A DNA stretch of 39,813 nt from Octopus bimaculoides. Taxonomy: Eukaryota. Below, piece after piece: positions 25,003 through 37,636 of this stretch. The stretch covers positions 64,056,031-64,095,843 of the forward strand of contig NC_068993.1 of NCBI RefSeq assembly GCF_001194135.2, written 5' to 3'. Position 1 is the stretch's first letter. Every line of letters starts with the position of its first letter. A program made the translations under genes and the position numbers. The notes beneath the pieces were generated by a model. That model saw only the letters and a program-made list of their open reading frames with translations. It had not been told where the DNA came from and ran no database searches.

Positions 25003-26701
25003 TGATAGAGGACCGCTTGACGTTGAGGTAGAGTTCAATTTTGTTTGTTCAAATGATAATTTAGCGAATGAAACTTAGTTTTTTTCCCCTCTCATATCAA
25101 TAAACGTCGTTGTAACCATGTTCACAGACGATACAATCAAATGTACCAGTCAAACGTAATATTGATGTCAGGAACATTCTGAGTGTAGCGCGAATTGTTA
25201 ATTTCGAGGATGAGGATGCTGTAATTAATCAGTAAGATAAAAGCATGAAGTCACAAGAACGTAAAACTGGATGATATCAACTTGGTACGATCGAGAAAAA
25301 TTCAATTTGTATTCAAATCTTCCGGCCAACGTCAAATGATCGAGATCTAAGTGCACCATAAAATAATTTAAAAAAAAATTATTATAAGGTAATGTCTGAT
25401 CAAATTAGCAGACACAAATATGGTTGCTGGAAGTTGCCCGAGAGAATTGACGGTGGACATTGGAAAGTATTTGATGTTTACTATATTTCCATCGTCAACA
25501 ATTAGAACTACTTCATATCTGACAGAAATAAAGATATTTTCTGCATATTTTAAGGGAAATTCTCTAAAAATTATGCAAAAATGTGCCACTGGAATAAATT
25601 TGTCCAACATAACTGATCGCTGCATGAACTGCATGTTCATTTCCAGAGTAACAATGAATATTCAAATCTACCGACCACTTTAATTAAAACTAATGAAGTA
25701 AAGTTGAGCAGTTCACAGGTGCAACTAATATATAAATTTGTGTGTTCTCCTTCTGTTCTATATGTATATATATGGCAAGGAGCAGCCGAGTGGTCGTGTC
25801 CTCATCCTCCTCCATTTTATCCAATGTGCTAGCATTATTCTGTAAACCGCTGATTTATCCATTGTTTGACTATTTTTGGCATCTCATAATCATTACAATA
25901 CCTTAATAACTATTATATCAATTTGGCTGTGCAAGTCTTTTCACTGGACTCATTGTCACACGAGACAATCGGAAATTATGTATTGTTGATGACTATAGAT
26001 ATCTAGATTAAACTGTGTTCATCATTTGAAACCCAGCATAAAAACAGGGGGAAAATAGTGATACAATATGTCGATAGCTTGCGAATATTTAGAACATACC
26101 ATAGGTTGTGTTTGAAGAATCCGGACCCTCAACTTTCAATATTCAAATGATTCGCTTGACGGCAGATCGATTTATGGTCATGTATTGACACAACTCAATC
26201 AATTGCACTAGAGAGAGAAATGTGCTGCGTTTCTCACAAACAGTAAATGTTGACATAATTGCAACTCAGAGTGTCACATGATTATTTCGAAAATAAGGCA
26301 GTTATATAAATCACAGAGATTCTATCAGCTGAGCATTAGTTGATCGTAATCAAAGTTCAGAGTTGCATCGATACACCAAAATTGAAAGCAATCTGTGAAA
26401 AATGAAAGGGGGGTTCATTTTACGAATGAAAAAGACTAGATCCTCGAGACGACCTCTAACGATATCAGTCGGTTGATAACTGAGGGAGATTTCGTTGCTA
26501 TTTCCAATAGTTCGAAACAGTATAGTCGATCGTTTGTCGATTCCCAAGCAATTGTTGTTATTTTTGTTCTTCTGAACAAAAGCATTCCAGTGTCTCCCTT
26601 TTATATGGAGACAATATTGTTTGCTTAACCAAAAAAAGTTTCAGCTACTGTATCTAGTATATCGAGTAACCACGAAGTGGCTCCATATGGGTTTGACATA
26701 C

Positions 26702-26911
26702 CATTCTTGTTGCTGCCTCGATGACTGAGGTACAGGCACCACCACCACCACCACCACCATCATCATCATCACATCATCATCAGCAGCAGCGGCATCAGTA
26801 GTACCAGAGGCAGTCGCAGCAGCAGCAGCTGTTATTGGTGGAAGTAAAAACATTCCTCGCATGTGTTGCTCGTATTTCTGACCTGGCTGTTACTGCTGCT
26901 CGTAAAACAAC

Positions 26912-26970
<59 letters not shown>

Positions 26971-27260
26971 GTGGTGGTGGTTTTGGTGGTTTGAGACTGT
27001 GGTGTATAAATTGGGACAGATTCGGTTTTTGTTTCAGGCATATCATCATCATCATCCATCGACGACCCTGAAAAGGCTCCTCTCGTTTAGCTGAACGAGG
27101 TTCGGTTGAAGTGGTTGCAGTTACATTAGTGGTTAACAAGTCACTCAGTCCCACATCACTTGAAACACTGCTATGCCTGCTAACATGGATCGACTTACAG
27201 CCTGACATTCCTGAAGTCTCAGAGATTACAGACGCCAACATTCACGTGGACGTGATTTCT
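26702..27260 (-). other. candidate first/5' exon of an unidentified transcript
   Basis: Minus strand ends ...cagcaacaagaATG|GTATGT (donor GT at 26701-26700, A at -3 of the ATG). Region is visibly more GC/CpG-rich than its flanks, and GC-box and E-box motifs lie at its upstream end. No homology recognised; 5' boundary uncertain. Confidence 0.4.
26737..26990. repeat. compound triplet repeats (CAC)n(CAT)n, (CAG)n, (GTA)16, (TGG)n
   Basis: Direct reading: 26737-26790, 26782-26830, 26912-26960, 26961-26990. Confidence 0.9.
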
Positions 27261-27331
27261 TCAAGCGATTTCGGTTTGTTTATGCTTTTATTATCATTTC
27301 TTTTCGTTTCACGACGACCTTCCCCGCCCCC
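27243..27331. promoter_or_regulatory. E-box (CACGTG 27243-27248) and GC-box (CCCCGCCCCC 27322-27331)
   Basis: Exact consensus motifs present; function inferred only from position next to the candidate exon. Confidence 0.3.
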
Positions 27332-28811
27332 ACTCCATACATCGTCTGAAAGAATATATGCCAGTCACATGTGTTTGAATGTACACCCATACATACGTGT
27401 ACACATACACACACACACATGTGTGAATATATGTGCATGTGTGTGTGTGTGTGTAGGGCGAGAGGCAATGAGAGAAATAGAAAGAATGAAAGTGATAGAG
27501 AGAAGTATCTTTCAATTTTCCCCAGCTTCTTTCCACATTCAAGAGAAGCAGAGAGACAGGGACATCAAACTATGTTGGGTGGCTGAGAAGAAATACATAA
27601 GCACATGCGAGCCAACACATGTTTACTGCGGGTGAAACGAGGTTAGTCTGTGTGTGTGTGTGTGTGTGTGTGTTGCGAGTGTATATGTGTTATACAAGGG
27701 AAAGGGGGAGATAATGAGAGAGAGAGAGAGGGGGAGAGAGAGAAAGAGACTGAGAGGGTGAACTTTCGACCTCTTAGCAAGAAAATAAGTGAAAATATTT
27801 TGACTTAAAAGAAACAGATATAAATATACGTGTTTTGCGCACACTCGCATAGATGTGTGTATGTGTGTAGGTGTGTGTGTGCGTGAGTGAATGGGTGCAA
27901 GTGAGCTTATATATGTGTGATAAAGAACATTTCTACTGCGTGATTCTTGAGGTATTTCAATATCATTGGATACACTTGTATATGTAGATCACTTTTTAAA
28001 TATCTATAATTAAATACTCATTGAGAAGTAGGAAAGAAGATGTCTTTTCTGCACGATTCATGCCAGAGAGCCTTTTCTTAAACTTTCTTATTTAAAGGAT
28101 ACCTATATATGAGTAGGATTATAAATTCAGAATTTTCTGTATGCAAATGATTCGATAGGGAACTGTATTTTACGCCTCCGTGAAAAATATACAGCAGTCA
28201 GAACGCCTCAGGACTTGGGATATTGTACTCCCGGAGCCACAAATAATGGGAGACCTAGGAATCCAGATGAAGCTACATCACGGCAAGAGATACAAATGAT
28301 CGCTGCTTTGCACAACTCACTGGTTCACCCGAACCAAATGGAGTGAGAGCTGTGCAGGTGAAATGAAATACACAAGCAATCATGCCAATCGTGTTACCCC
28401 AGCATGTATACATACACAAACACACACACATACATACATATATACATGAAAATGCAGACCGATTGTATGCCGAGGTGCTAGACAATGATAAACGGTCCCA
28501 CTCAATGGATATAGGGTTTGAAGAGTTGTGTGCATCAATGCATTTCTATCCTAGGCTGGCCTAGAATACATACGAGTCCATACAACGAATGGTGATGTAC
28601 AAGATGATGGTGTGATTCAACAAGGATAACGAACAACGATTCATATTTAACTTCCAATCAGCTTTTTCGTTTCTACTCTTCCCCCCACCCCAGCAACTTA
28701 ATGCTGTGATTCTTGCTGTATCCATGATCTCGCTATTCGTTCCAATTTATCCTACATCTCACCTTTGCCAAGCTTCGTATATGCTTTTATGAATGTATGT
28801 GTGCGCATATA

Positions 28812-29085
28812 NNNNNNNNNNNNNNNNNNNNNNNNNNNNNNNNNNNNNNNNNNNNNNNNNNNNNNNNNNNNNNNNNNNNNNNNNNNNNNNNNNNNNNNNN
28901 NNNNNNNNNNNNNNNNNNNNNNNNNNNNNNNNNNNNNNNNNNNNNNNNNNNNNNNNNNNNNNNNNNNNNNNNNNNNNNNNNNNNNNNNNNNNNNNNNNNN
29001 NNNNNNNNNNNNNNNNNNNNNNNNNNNNNNNNNNNNNNNNNNNNNNNNNNNNNNNNNNNNNNNNNNNNNNNNNNNNNNNNNNNNN

Positions 29086-29128
<43 letters not shown>
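28812..29128. repeat. N-gap 28812-29085 followed by (TG)n
   Basis: Direct reading. Confidence 0.95.
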
Positions 29129-29131
<3 letters not shown>

Positions 29132-30317
29132 CGACTGAGAGGCAGAGGAAGTGTGAAGAAAAGCGGAAACTGTTTGTATGGATGTGTCAGTGTGGAGCAG
29201 AACATAAACAATTAATGACTAACTTTTCAGCAATGAAAGACATTGTACCCATGTGATGCGGCTGTGTGCTTATGTTCAGATGTGTCTTTGCGTCCTATAT
29301 ATAATATATACATACATATGTGTGTCTGTGTGTGTGTATCGTGTGTGTGTGCAATTGTGTGTGCGTGCGTGTATCGTGTGTGTGTAATTCTGTCTGTGTG
29401 TGCGTGCGGTTTATTTCACGTTTTTACTCCCAGATCACTTCCAAATCGAGCAAACCAACGGCAAAATGTGTTCCTTCTCCTATGTATACCCGTGTTTGTG
29501 TATGTTTCATTGGTGTGTGACTGTGTGCGTATGTATGTGTTGAGTGTGTGTTGTGTGTGCATATGTATGTGTATACGTAGTTTGTGAATGACTCGTGTCA
29601 TAATTGTAGGCGTGTGCATGTATGTGAGCATGAGTAGTTTGGGTGTGTCATATTTATGCGTGTGTGTGTGTGCGTATGTGAAAGAGAGAGAGAGTGTATG
29701 TATGAGTATATGGCTATTTGTGTATGTTTACCCATATATGCTTATGCATCGTTTGGGTATGTTGTCTATTATTTTTGTGCGCATTTGTTGGTCCGAGAGG
29801 ATGTTCCTGTTTTTTGTCTTACGTGGGCTGTCACTTTGCCAAAGGCAATTATATGACGTAATTGCGCGCGTGCGTATGCCATTGCTATTCAAGTTTGCAA
29901 AATCCTTACCTAAATATTTCTCTCCAAGCTAGTCATTCACTCCCAACATGGTGTGGGCCGCCTGAAAGCGGTACAAACCACCTAAGAAAACGAATCGCTC
30001 AGCATGGCAGTCAACCTGGTCGCTTGTATTGGACTCACATATATATCTTGTGACTAAGGCTATTCAAAAAAAAAAAAAAAAGACAATCAGTCAACGAATT
30101 ATTAACACAGTTGGTGCAGCCACGGCTGAAAATTGTATAAGGAACAGCATAGTAGATTAGATAATAAAATACATTTTGAATTAAACGCAATATATTACAA
30201 GTAGTTTTAACTGAGATATCACAGACTAGATAAAGAATTAACGATTAATTAAAGTATTCAAAGCTTCCCCGTCGTCTAGATGAATAATAATTAGGATTTA
30301 TAGCATTACAGTGAGAT

Positions 30318-30326
30318 AATGATGAA

Positions 30327-30396
<70 letters not shown>

Positions 30397-30425
30397 CTGC
30401 TGCTGCTGATGATGATGATGCTGAT
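30318..30425. repeat. (GAT)n with (GCT)n interruption
   Basis: Direct reading. Confidence 0.95.
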
Positions 30426-30815
30426 GGGGATAAATGAGGACGATAGATAATCAGAATTAGATGAATGATGACAATGTATAATTTGAGTCCTGGTGAAGAC
30501 AAGATGGCCAGCGTATCTGATTAACAAGCAAAGGAGGCAAAACGTCGAAATTATGTCTGTAAATTAACAAGTAGAGCATACGAAGAGATACGTTTTTTTT
30601 CTACCCAGCAAAATGACTAATATTACACAATAATGTCATTATCGCAAGGAGAACGGATATAATCTTAGCTGGAGAGAAAATTACAAAACATTTTGAAATT
30701 ATTTAGATTTTTCTTATGAAGCTATTAGACAATGTCATATGTAAATGCTATCTTTCGCGTCCTCTCTCTTACACACACTCTCTCTCTCTCTGTCTCTGTC
30801 TCACCCACACATAGT

Positions 30816-30819
<4 letters not shown>

Positions 30820-30912
<93 letters not shown>

Positions 30913-30935
30913 TGTGTGTGTGGGTGTGTGTATGT
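30820..30935. repeat. (TA)n(TG)n microsatellite
   Basis: Direct reading. Confidence 0.95.
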
Positions 30936-31519
30936 ACGCATCATTATCTACAAATGCACATACGTCCACACGCACACATGCAAGCACATTTATAGATATA
31001 TATATATACACATAATCATATTAATTATTTGATTTATGGCTAAGGACCTAGAGTTTCATTCAAAAGCACATATGGAAAGGTTGATAAGTACTTTGACACG
31101 AAACATTTGCTTCACGAGCCACAGCTATAGCTTCTAGGATATATATAAATAGTATTAGCAGTTGCCGTTACGTATTAAATTCTATCTTTCCTGTTTGTAT
31201 TAAATATGCAATCTACGTGTGTGTGTGTGTGTTATTCAAGACATGTCTAAATGTAGACATATGACAAGTGAAAAACAGAGACGAATGTGTGAATTAGTGA
31301 GTATTTGATTATATAAAATATGAGAAATTAAGCATACGCTCATATTCATATAAGAATACACTGGTGAATATACACAGTTACACACATACATATGTATGCA
31401 AGCTTGTGGATATGTTTGTATAGAGATACAGCACGTGCTGAAATGTATTTCTAAACGTAATTGCATTTAAAATACCAGAATTTATATTACGAAACAATAC
31501 CAAACAAAACGGCATACGT

Positions 31520-31520
31520 A

Positions 31521-31569
<49 letters not shown>

Positions 31570-32270
31570 NNNNNNNNNNNNNNNNNNNNNNNNNNNNNNN
31601 NNNNNNNNNNNNNNNNNNNNNNNNNNNNNNNNNNNNNNNNNNNNNNNNNNNNNNNNNNNNNNNNNNNNNNNNNNNNNNNNNNNNNNNNNNNNNNNNNNNN
31701 NNNNNNNNNNNNNNNNNNNNNNNNNNNNNNNNNNNNNNNNNNNNNNNNNNNNNNNNNNNNNNNNNNNNNNNNNNNNNNNNNNNNNNNNNNNNNNNNNNNN
31801 NNNNNNNNNNNNNNNNNNNNNNNNNNNNNNNNNNNNNNNNNNNNNNNNNNNNNNNNNNNNNNNNNNNNNNNNNNNNNNNNNNNNNNNNNNNNNNNNNNNN
31901 NNNNNNNNNNNNNNNNNNNNNNNNNNNNNNNNNNNNNNNNNNNNNNNNNNNNNNNNNNNNNNNNNNNNNNNNNNNNNNNNNNNNNNNNNNNNNNNNNNNN
32001 NNNNNNNNNNNNNNNNNNNNNNNNNNNNNNNNNNNNNNNNNNNNNNNNNNNNNNNNNNNNNNNNNNNNNNNNNNNNNNNNNNNNNNNNNNNNNNNNNNNN
32101 NNNNNNNNNNNNNNNNNNNNNNNNNNNNNNNNNNNNNNNNNNNNNNNNNNNNNNNNNNNNNNNNNNNNNNNNNNNNNNNNNNNNNNNNNNNNNNNNNNNN
32201 NNNNNNNNNNNNNNNNNNNNNNNNNNNNNNNNNNNNNNNNNNNNNNNNNNNNNNNNNNNNNNNNNNNNNN

Positions 32271-32360
<90 letters not shown>
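31520..32360. repeat. (TA)n / N-gap 31570-32270 / (AC)n
   Basis: Direct reading. Confidence 0.95.
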
Positions 32361-32365
<5 letters not shown>

Positions 32366-34060
32366 CAAACACTAATTCCTGTTCTGCACAAAGAATGCTA
32401 TGGGTCCCTAAGCATTGATGAAAACGTATCATGCAAAGCTGTTGTCAAATAGTGAACCGATATTGCTACACCAGACTTAGAAAAATAATGCAATCGGAGC
32501 CCTCCTCTTGCAAAAATACAATATCTCAAACATGACGGCATGAAAAACGTTCATCATATCAATAATAAATAAATAGCATTCATAGGTATGTTTCACGAAC
32601 ACATGAAGGTGACAATATCAACATGAAATGCAACGCTTCTTCTTGAACTCGTGACCGCTAAATCACACTTTTTGTGTTATGAGTTTATATTACAAGAGCA
32701 AAAAAAAAAAAAAAAAAAATTAAAATATTGTTACAAAGTACTTAACAGAAAGAGATGGTGAAGCTCTCAGAGCGACAAGTTTCAACCTTCTGCTGCGACA
32801 TAACGGTGTCGCTAAGACAGTAAACAATGTCATAAAAGAAATCATTGTATCAACCCAAAGAATATTGAGATCAATATATATTTTTTTATTTTGTGTAGGA
32901 AAATGAATTCTATCTTTTTCTCTGAAGAAGACTCTTTTACCGAAACATCAACGCAGATTATCCTATACCAATCTTGTTAAAGAACACTTAAAATACAAGA
33001 AATTCCACCGGAAACTCACCGTCTTTCTTTTTTTACATGGATAATAAAGTGGTTCTATGTTATATAGTGAGGCTCTCATTTATTTACATGGTAATAAAAT
33101 GATGTGAGAATTTGACTGCTATTTGTAGCAGGTCGGACAGCCATGGAGATGCTTTCTTGGCGGGAAATCTCCTTGCAGTGCTGAGCAGAGTTTTCATAAC
33201 CTGCTGGTGTTAATTCAGTTTAATTACCCCGATTATTCCTTGGACAAACACATGGGAGGCACATAATTCATCTCGATTAAATGGCTGTTGCATTATAGGA
33301 AACACTTAGTGTCATTCAATTAAAATGGATAAATTTATTAACTTTTTATTTTGCCTACTCGTTTAATTGACTCAAATCTCCGCATTGTTCTGCCTTTGCA
33401 ATTGGAAAGTGATATTGTCATTTGCATTTCCCTCTAGAGAAAAAAAAAATCAATTAACGTTTGACATTGATCAGTTGTATGGTTGTATTCTTCTAACTTG
33501 ACAAAATATATGGAGGATATAACTTCAGGATTTTGAGTTTATCTCCAGATTTTCTATAGAATTGAGAGCCAGCAGCGAAAGTTAGACGTATTCGTATATG
33601 AAACCTCGTAACTCTCAGTATTGACTCTGAATTCGATAAAAAATCGATATAAATAAAGGAGAACATCGCACTGCTAACACAAGAGTAAAGCACAATATTA
33701 TCTTGTAAATAATTAATACACTTAGTAGTATACAACGGTTGCAAAACGAAATAATACTGTGTCCTTGCTAGTAATTAATAAAACTTCAGGATTATCAATT
33801 TAAGAGTGAAACTAAATGTGTGCTGCACATACTGGATGTGTGGACTTCATATTATCAAATAATTCATTTGTTACAAAGACATGTGGCCAAAGCGTTTGTT
33901 AGGTAACCTTAGTTGACTAAAGCTACATCACTAATTATATCAATTCGTCCATGTCATATGTCATGCACAATAACAAGCGGTATTCCATAGCACAAACTTT
34001 CACCAGCACTTGGAGGGTGGGGAGATAGCAGTGTAGCGTTCTGGGTCATGAGAGCCCGAA

Positions 34061-34063
<3 letters not shown>

Positions 34064-34155
<92 letters not shown>
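34064..34155. repeat. (GA)n microsatellite
   Basis: Direct reading. Confidence 0.95.
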
Positions 34156-34156
<1 letters not shown>

Positions 34157-34382
34157 GAACCCAGAAGGATGAAAAGTATTGAATACGGCGATTTGAAAGA
34201 GACGCAAAAAAATTTGCCACATGCGATATAGAGTTTGTCAAATGATAAGTTTAATATTTTTGTTGACCGATATTTTATGTGAGCTAACAACGTCTTTACA
34301 TGGTCACTTGATGTACTAAAAATATCAGTTTAAATCATTCGTTCTGCTACAGTCTCACAGAACGGTCACATCGAGCAACAAA

Positions 34383-34500
<118 letters not shown>

Positions 34501-34984
34501 GATGTCGGTATTGACCTGTTGAAAGATATCCTCTATTCTGCAAATATCTTAAGCAGGATTCTTGAGGTTTGAATTATGTTATCACCAAAAATCAAGATAA
34601 CATTCTTGCTAATTAATTAGTATGCATCAACTTTGGAATAATAACTTCAATATGGCACAGAAAGCTGCGAGAATATTATATTTTACATTGTGTATATGTA
34701 CCAGATGATTAGTTGGCTTAATTAACTAGAAGCCAGTATCTTGGCAATTTGTTCTTCGGTGTTGGAGATAATGGAATACGGAGTTATAAGTTTCTTGATT
34801 TCAATTCCCAACAGAATCTTCTCATCCAGTTATTGACATAACTGGGTAAATATGATAAAGGAAAATATAATGTAAATTTACAGTTAAGCAATTAGTACCG
34901 TACCTACCAAATAGAAATGAATATTTCTTGAAAACAAATATGAATGAAATAATGAATTCCTAAATCTACTGCGGAATAAGTATT

Positions 34985-35023
34985 CTGTATGTATGTATGT
35001 ATGCATGTATGTACGTACGTATG

Positions 35024-35057
<34 letters not shown>

Positions 35058-35130
35058 TGTATGTATGTATGTGTATGTATGTACGTATGTATGTATACAC
35101 ACACACACACACACACACGCACACACATAT
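34985..35130. repeat. (ATGT)n(AC)n
   Basis: Direct reading. Confidence 0.95.
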
Positions 35131-35944
35131 ATCATATCATATGGGTAATGGCCTAATACCGGGCTTGTGCAAAGCCTCTCCATGAGTGTCGGCTATCATA
35201 CAGCAAGAATTCTGCTTTTACTAGTAGATATACATATAGAAATCCGGTCATATCCACACAATTCATAAACGTAAATAAAATTATAATACAAGAAGATGGA
35301 ATGACCTAGCTTTAATCCAAAACACTAAGGTTGTACCTGAGCATTATTATCAGCTGTTAATTGATAAGTGTTTCATATATTGTGCACCTTATTGCATTTA
35401 TAAGAAAATCGCCGAAAGTGTAACCGTCGAGTTACACTGAAGTTGCGAGTTAGAAAGCTCCAAAATGATGTTCTCTCTTGAACATTTGCAAGATGTCCTG
35501 AAGGTAACAAACACGTGAGCATAACTTATTTTTATTAACAAGACTGTTCAAAATACCGTACATGTGTTGGGAGAATAACTCGCCCACTACATAAAAGCAC
35601 AAGCTACCATAGTCTCCGTGTCAATCGATGCAACTCTCAAAATCCCCTTTGAAAACATTCCTGCATTTTTGTACACGTTTTCATAGCTACATTCTCTTCC
35701 TCTGAAACATCAAATCGCTGTCCGCAAAGACTCTGCTTCATTCAGTCAGACAGGTGGAAATCGGAGGGAGCAGGATTTTAGCTGGAAAATGCATGGAAGA
35801 TGTCTGAACAACCAAATTCGCTGGCTGTACGTTTGTGAATTTTCTGTGTGCGAATTAATTCGTTCAGTCGCTAGCGATTCATATCAATGGCCGTAGATAA
35901 TGGTCTGCTACAGCCAGATCTTTTAAATTTATCTAATTTGCTAG

Positions 35945-35989
<45 letters not shown>

Positions 35990-36899
35990 GTATGGGTTTG
36001 TGTGTATATTGAAGTATGAATATAAGCATATGTGTATGTATAGGAATCGATAGATATGTTCATGTACACACTTTGTATGTATGAATGTATGTATACACAC
36101 ACACACATACTCACACGCAGACTTGTGTGTACAAACTCATGTTACTCAGTCAAGCTTTTGGAGTCAACATGATTTTTTTCCGTGCCCTACCAACTAACTT
36201 CAATGGCAGACAGTGGAATGCCGTTAGCCACGGATATATTATTATGCCTGAAGTAAATTTTAAACAACACCATGCAAATCAAAGTGCGAACTTGAGAAAC
36301 AGAGCAGAAAGATCAGCAATATTATTTTTTTAAATCAAAATAAGTATCACCAAATAAATAAATATATAAATAAAAGAAAAAACACAAACAAACATAGTCT
36401 ACATCATTAAGTAAAAAAAACTAAAAAATAAGCAGAATAGACGAAATCTTGTCATTGCATATATTAATTGAAGCAGAAGAAAGTATTTGTGCATGCCGTA
36501 ACGGCAAACATAATATACAACGTTCTGGACAAATGATACATTGCAATACTGCGAGAAAGTATGAAGTGTGTTTATAAACAACAACATTTCTTTCGAAAAA
36601 ATTAGTCTCTGGGGGAATAATTGTGTGTAGTTTTCTGAATTGTGTTACGGGGTTCTGTTTTGCAGGCAAATGACGTGTGTATGTGTGTATATTTATACAT
36701 GTGTACATGTATATGCGTGTATATATATATACATGTGCATATACGCGTATGCGTAAGTGTGTTTTGTGTTTGTGTGTGCGTGAGTATACACGTATAGGCG
36801 TGTGTGTACATATGTATGTACGTATGTATATATGCATGTATGTATGTATGTATGTGTGTATGTATGTATGTATGAATGTATGTATGTATATATATATGT

Positions 36900-37172
36900 A
36901 AGGGACAAGGTGTACGTACGCTGCTATATATATATATATCTGTATAAATAATACAGAATGGGACAAGGACGCAAGACATCCAGACAGTTAGGTGATACAA
37001 GAAATGGACAAAACATCCAGATAGACGATACAAGGAAACAAGGACAGGTCATTCGGAGTTTTCTTTCCTCAGTCGAGATCTAGATTATCCTTGCAATTTC
37101 GGCTGGTTATTCTCGATATTGCTCCAACCTGGCTAACTCCAAGGAAAAACTAAGCTATGACCATTAGATTCC

Positions 37173-37176
<4 letters not shown>
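36900..37176. mobile_element. probable interspersed repeat fragment with internal ~37-bp subrepeat
   Basis: acatccaga(c/t)ag...gatacaag occurs twice (36976-37005, 37013-37039). Segment sits between (TA)n tracts. Family not assignable without a search. Confidence 0.35.
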
Positions 37177-37224
<48 letters not shown>

Positions 37225-37500
37225 GATCACTATGTAGATCCTTTGTATGCTAGAAATAGACGTTAGGAACGTATTAGAGTACAAAATAGAGCTCGTTCAC
37301 CCTTAGAATTACCAAATAACCGGTAGTATTCGAAGTCTAGGCTTAGGCATTCGTCGTCTGTAAAAAATAAAAACTGAATAAATAGAGTCAATAGGAAGGA
37401 GTATGTTTAGACAGCTATTTGATAAACTCTACATATGTTTCGATACAACATCGATCCACATATTCACAGGATTTAAATTAAGCAACGGTTTACCTGTATA

Positions 37501-37636
37501 ATGGGATCCAGTTGTATCTCCTCCTCAAGTGTTATATAATCGCTGTCTCCGTTAGTAAATCTTTGACTTTGGTGGTAACACATCCAACTGGCTGCGATTA
37601 TATATCACTTGAGGAGGAGATACAACTGGATCCCAT
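37501..37636. repeat. inverted repeat, 43-bp arms (1 mismatch), 50-bp spacer
   Basis: 37501-37543 atgggatccagttgtatctcctcctcaagtgttatataatcgc versus the reverse complement of 37594-37636; single T/A difference at arm position 32. Confidence 0.95.

Noticed and set aside
25368-25683. Overlapping 87-90 aa ORFs on both strands
   Set aside because: No recognisable domain or splice framework; lengths are within chance expectation.
28240-28340. Protein-like frame GYCTPGATNNGRPRNPDEATSRQEIQMIAALHNSLVHPNQME
   Set aside because: No strong acceptor or donor, closes with a stop, no family recognised.
3262-32452. Long ORFs of 110-340 aa in the ORF track spanning X runs
   Set aside because: They are open only because N bases cannot form stop codons; the flanks are (TA)n/(TG)n.
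33493-33744. 83-aa minus ORF
   Set aside because: TTG start, no motif, no splice support.
37040-37080. Minus-strand CTGAGGA...CGAAT...GTC hammerhead-like string
   Set aside because: Core GAAA is GAAT, stem II is only 2 bp, and stem I does not pair.
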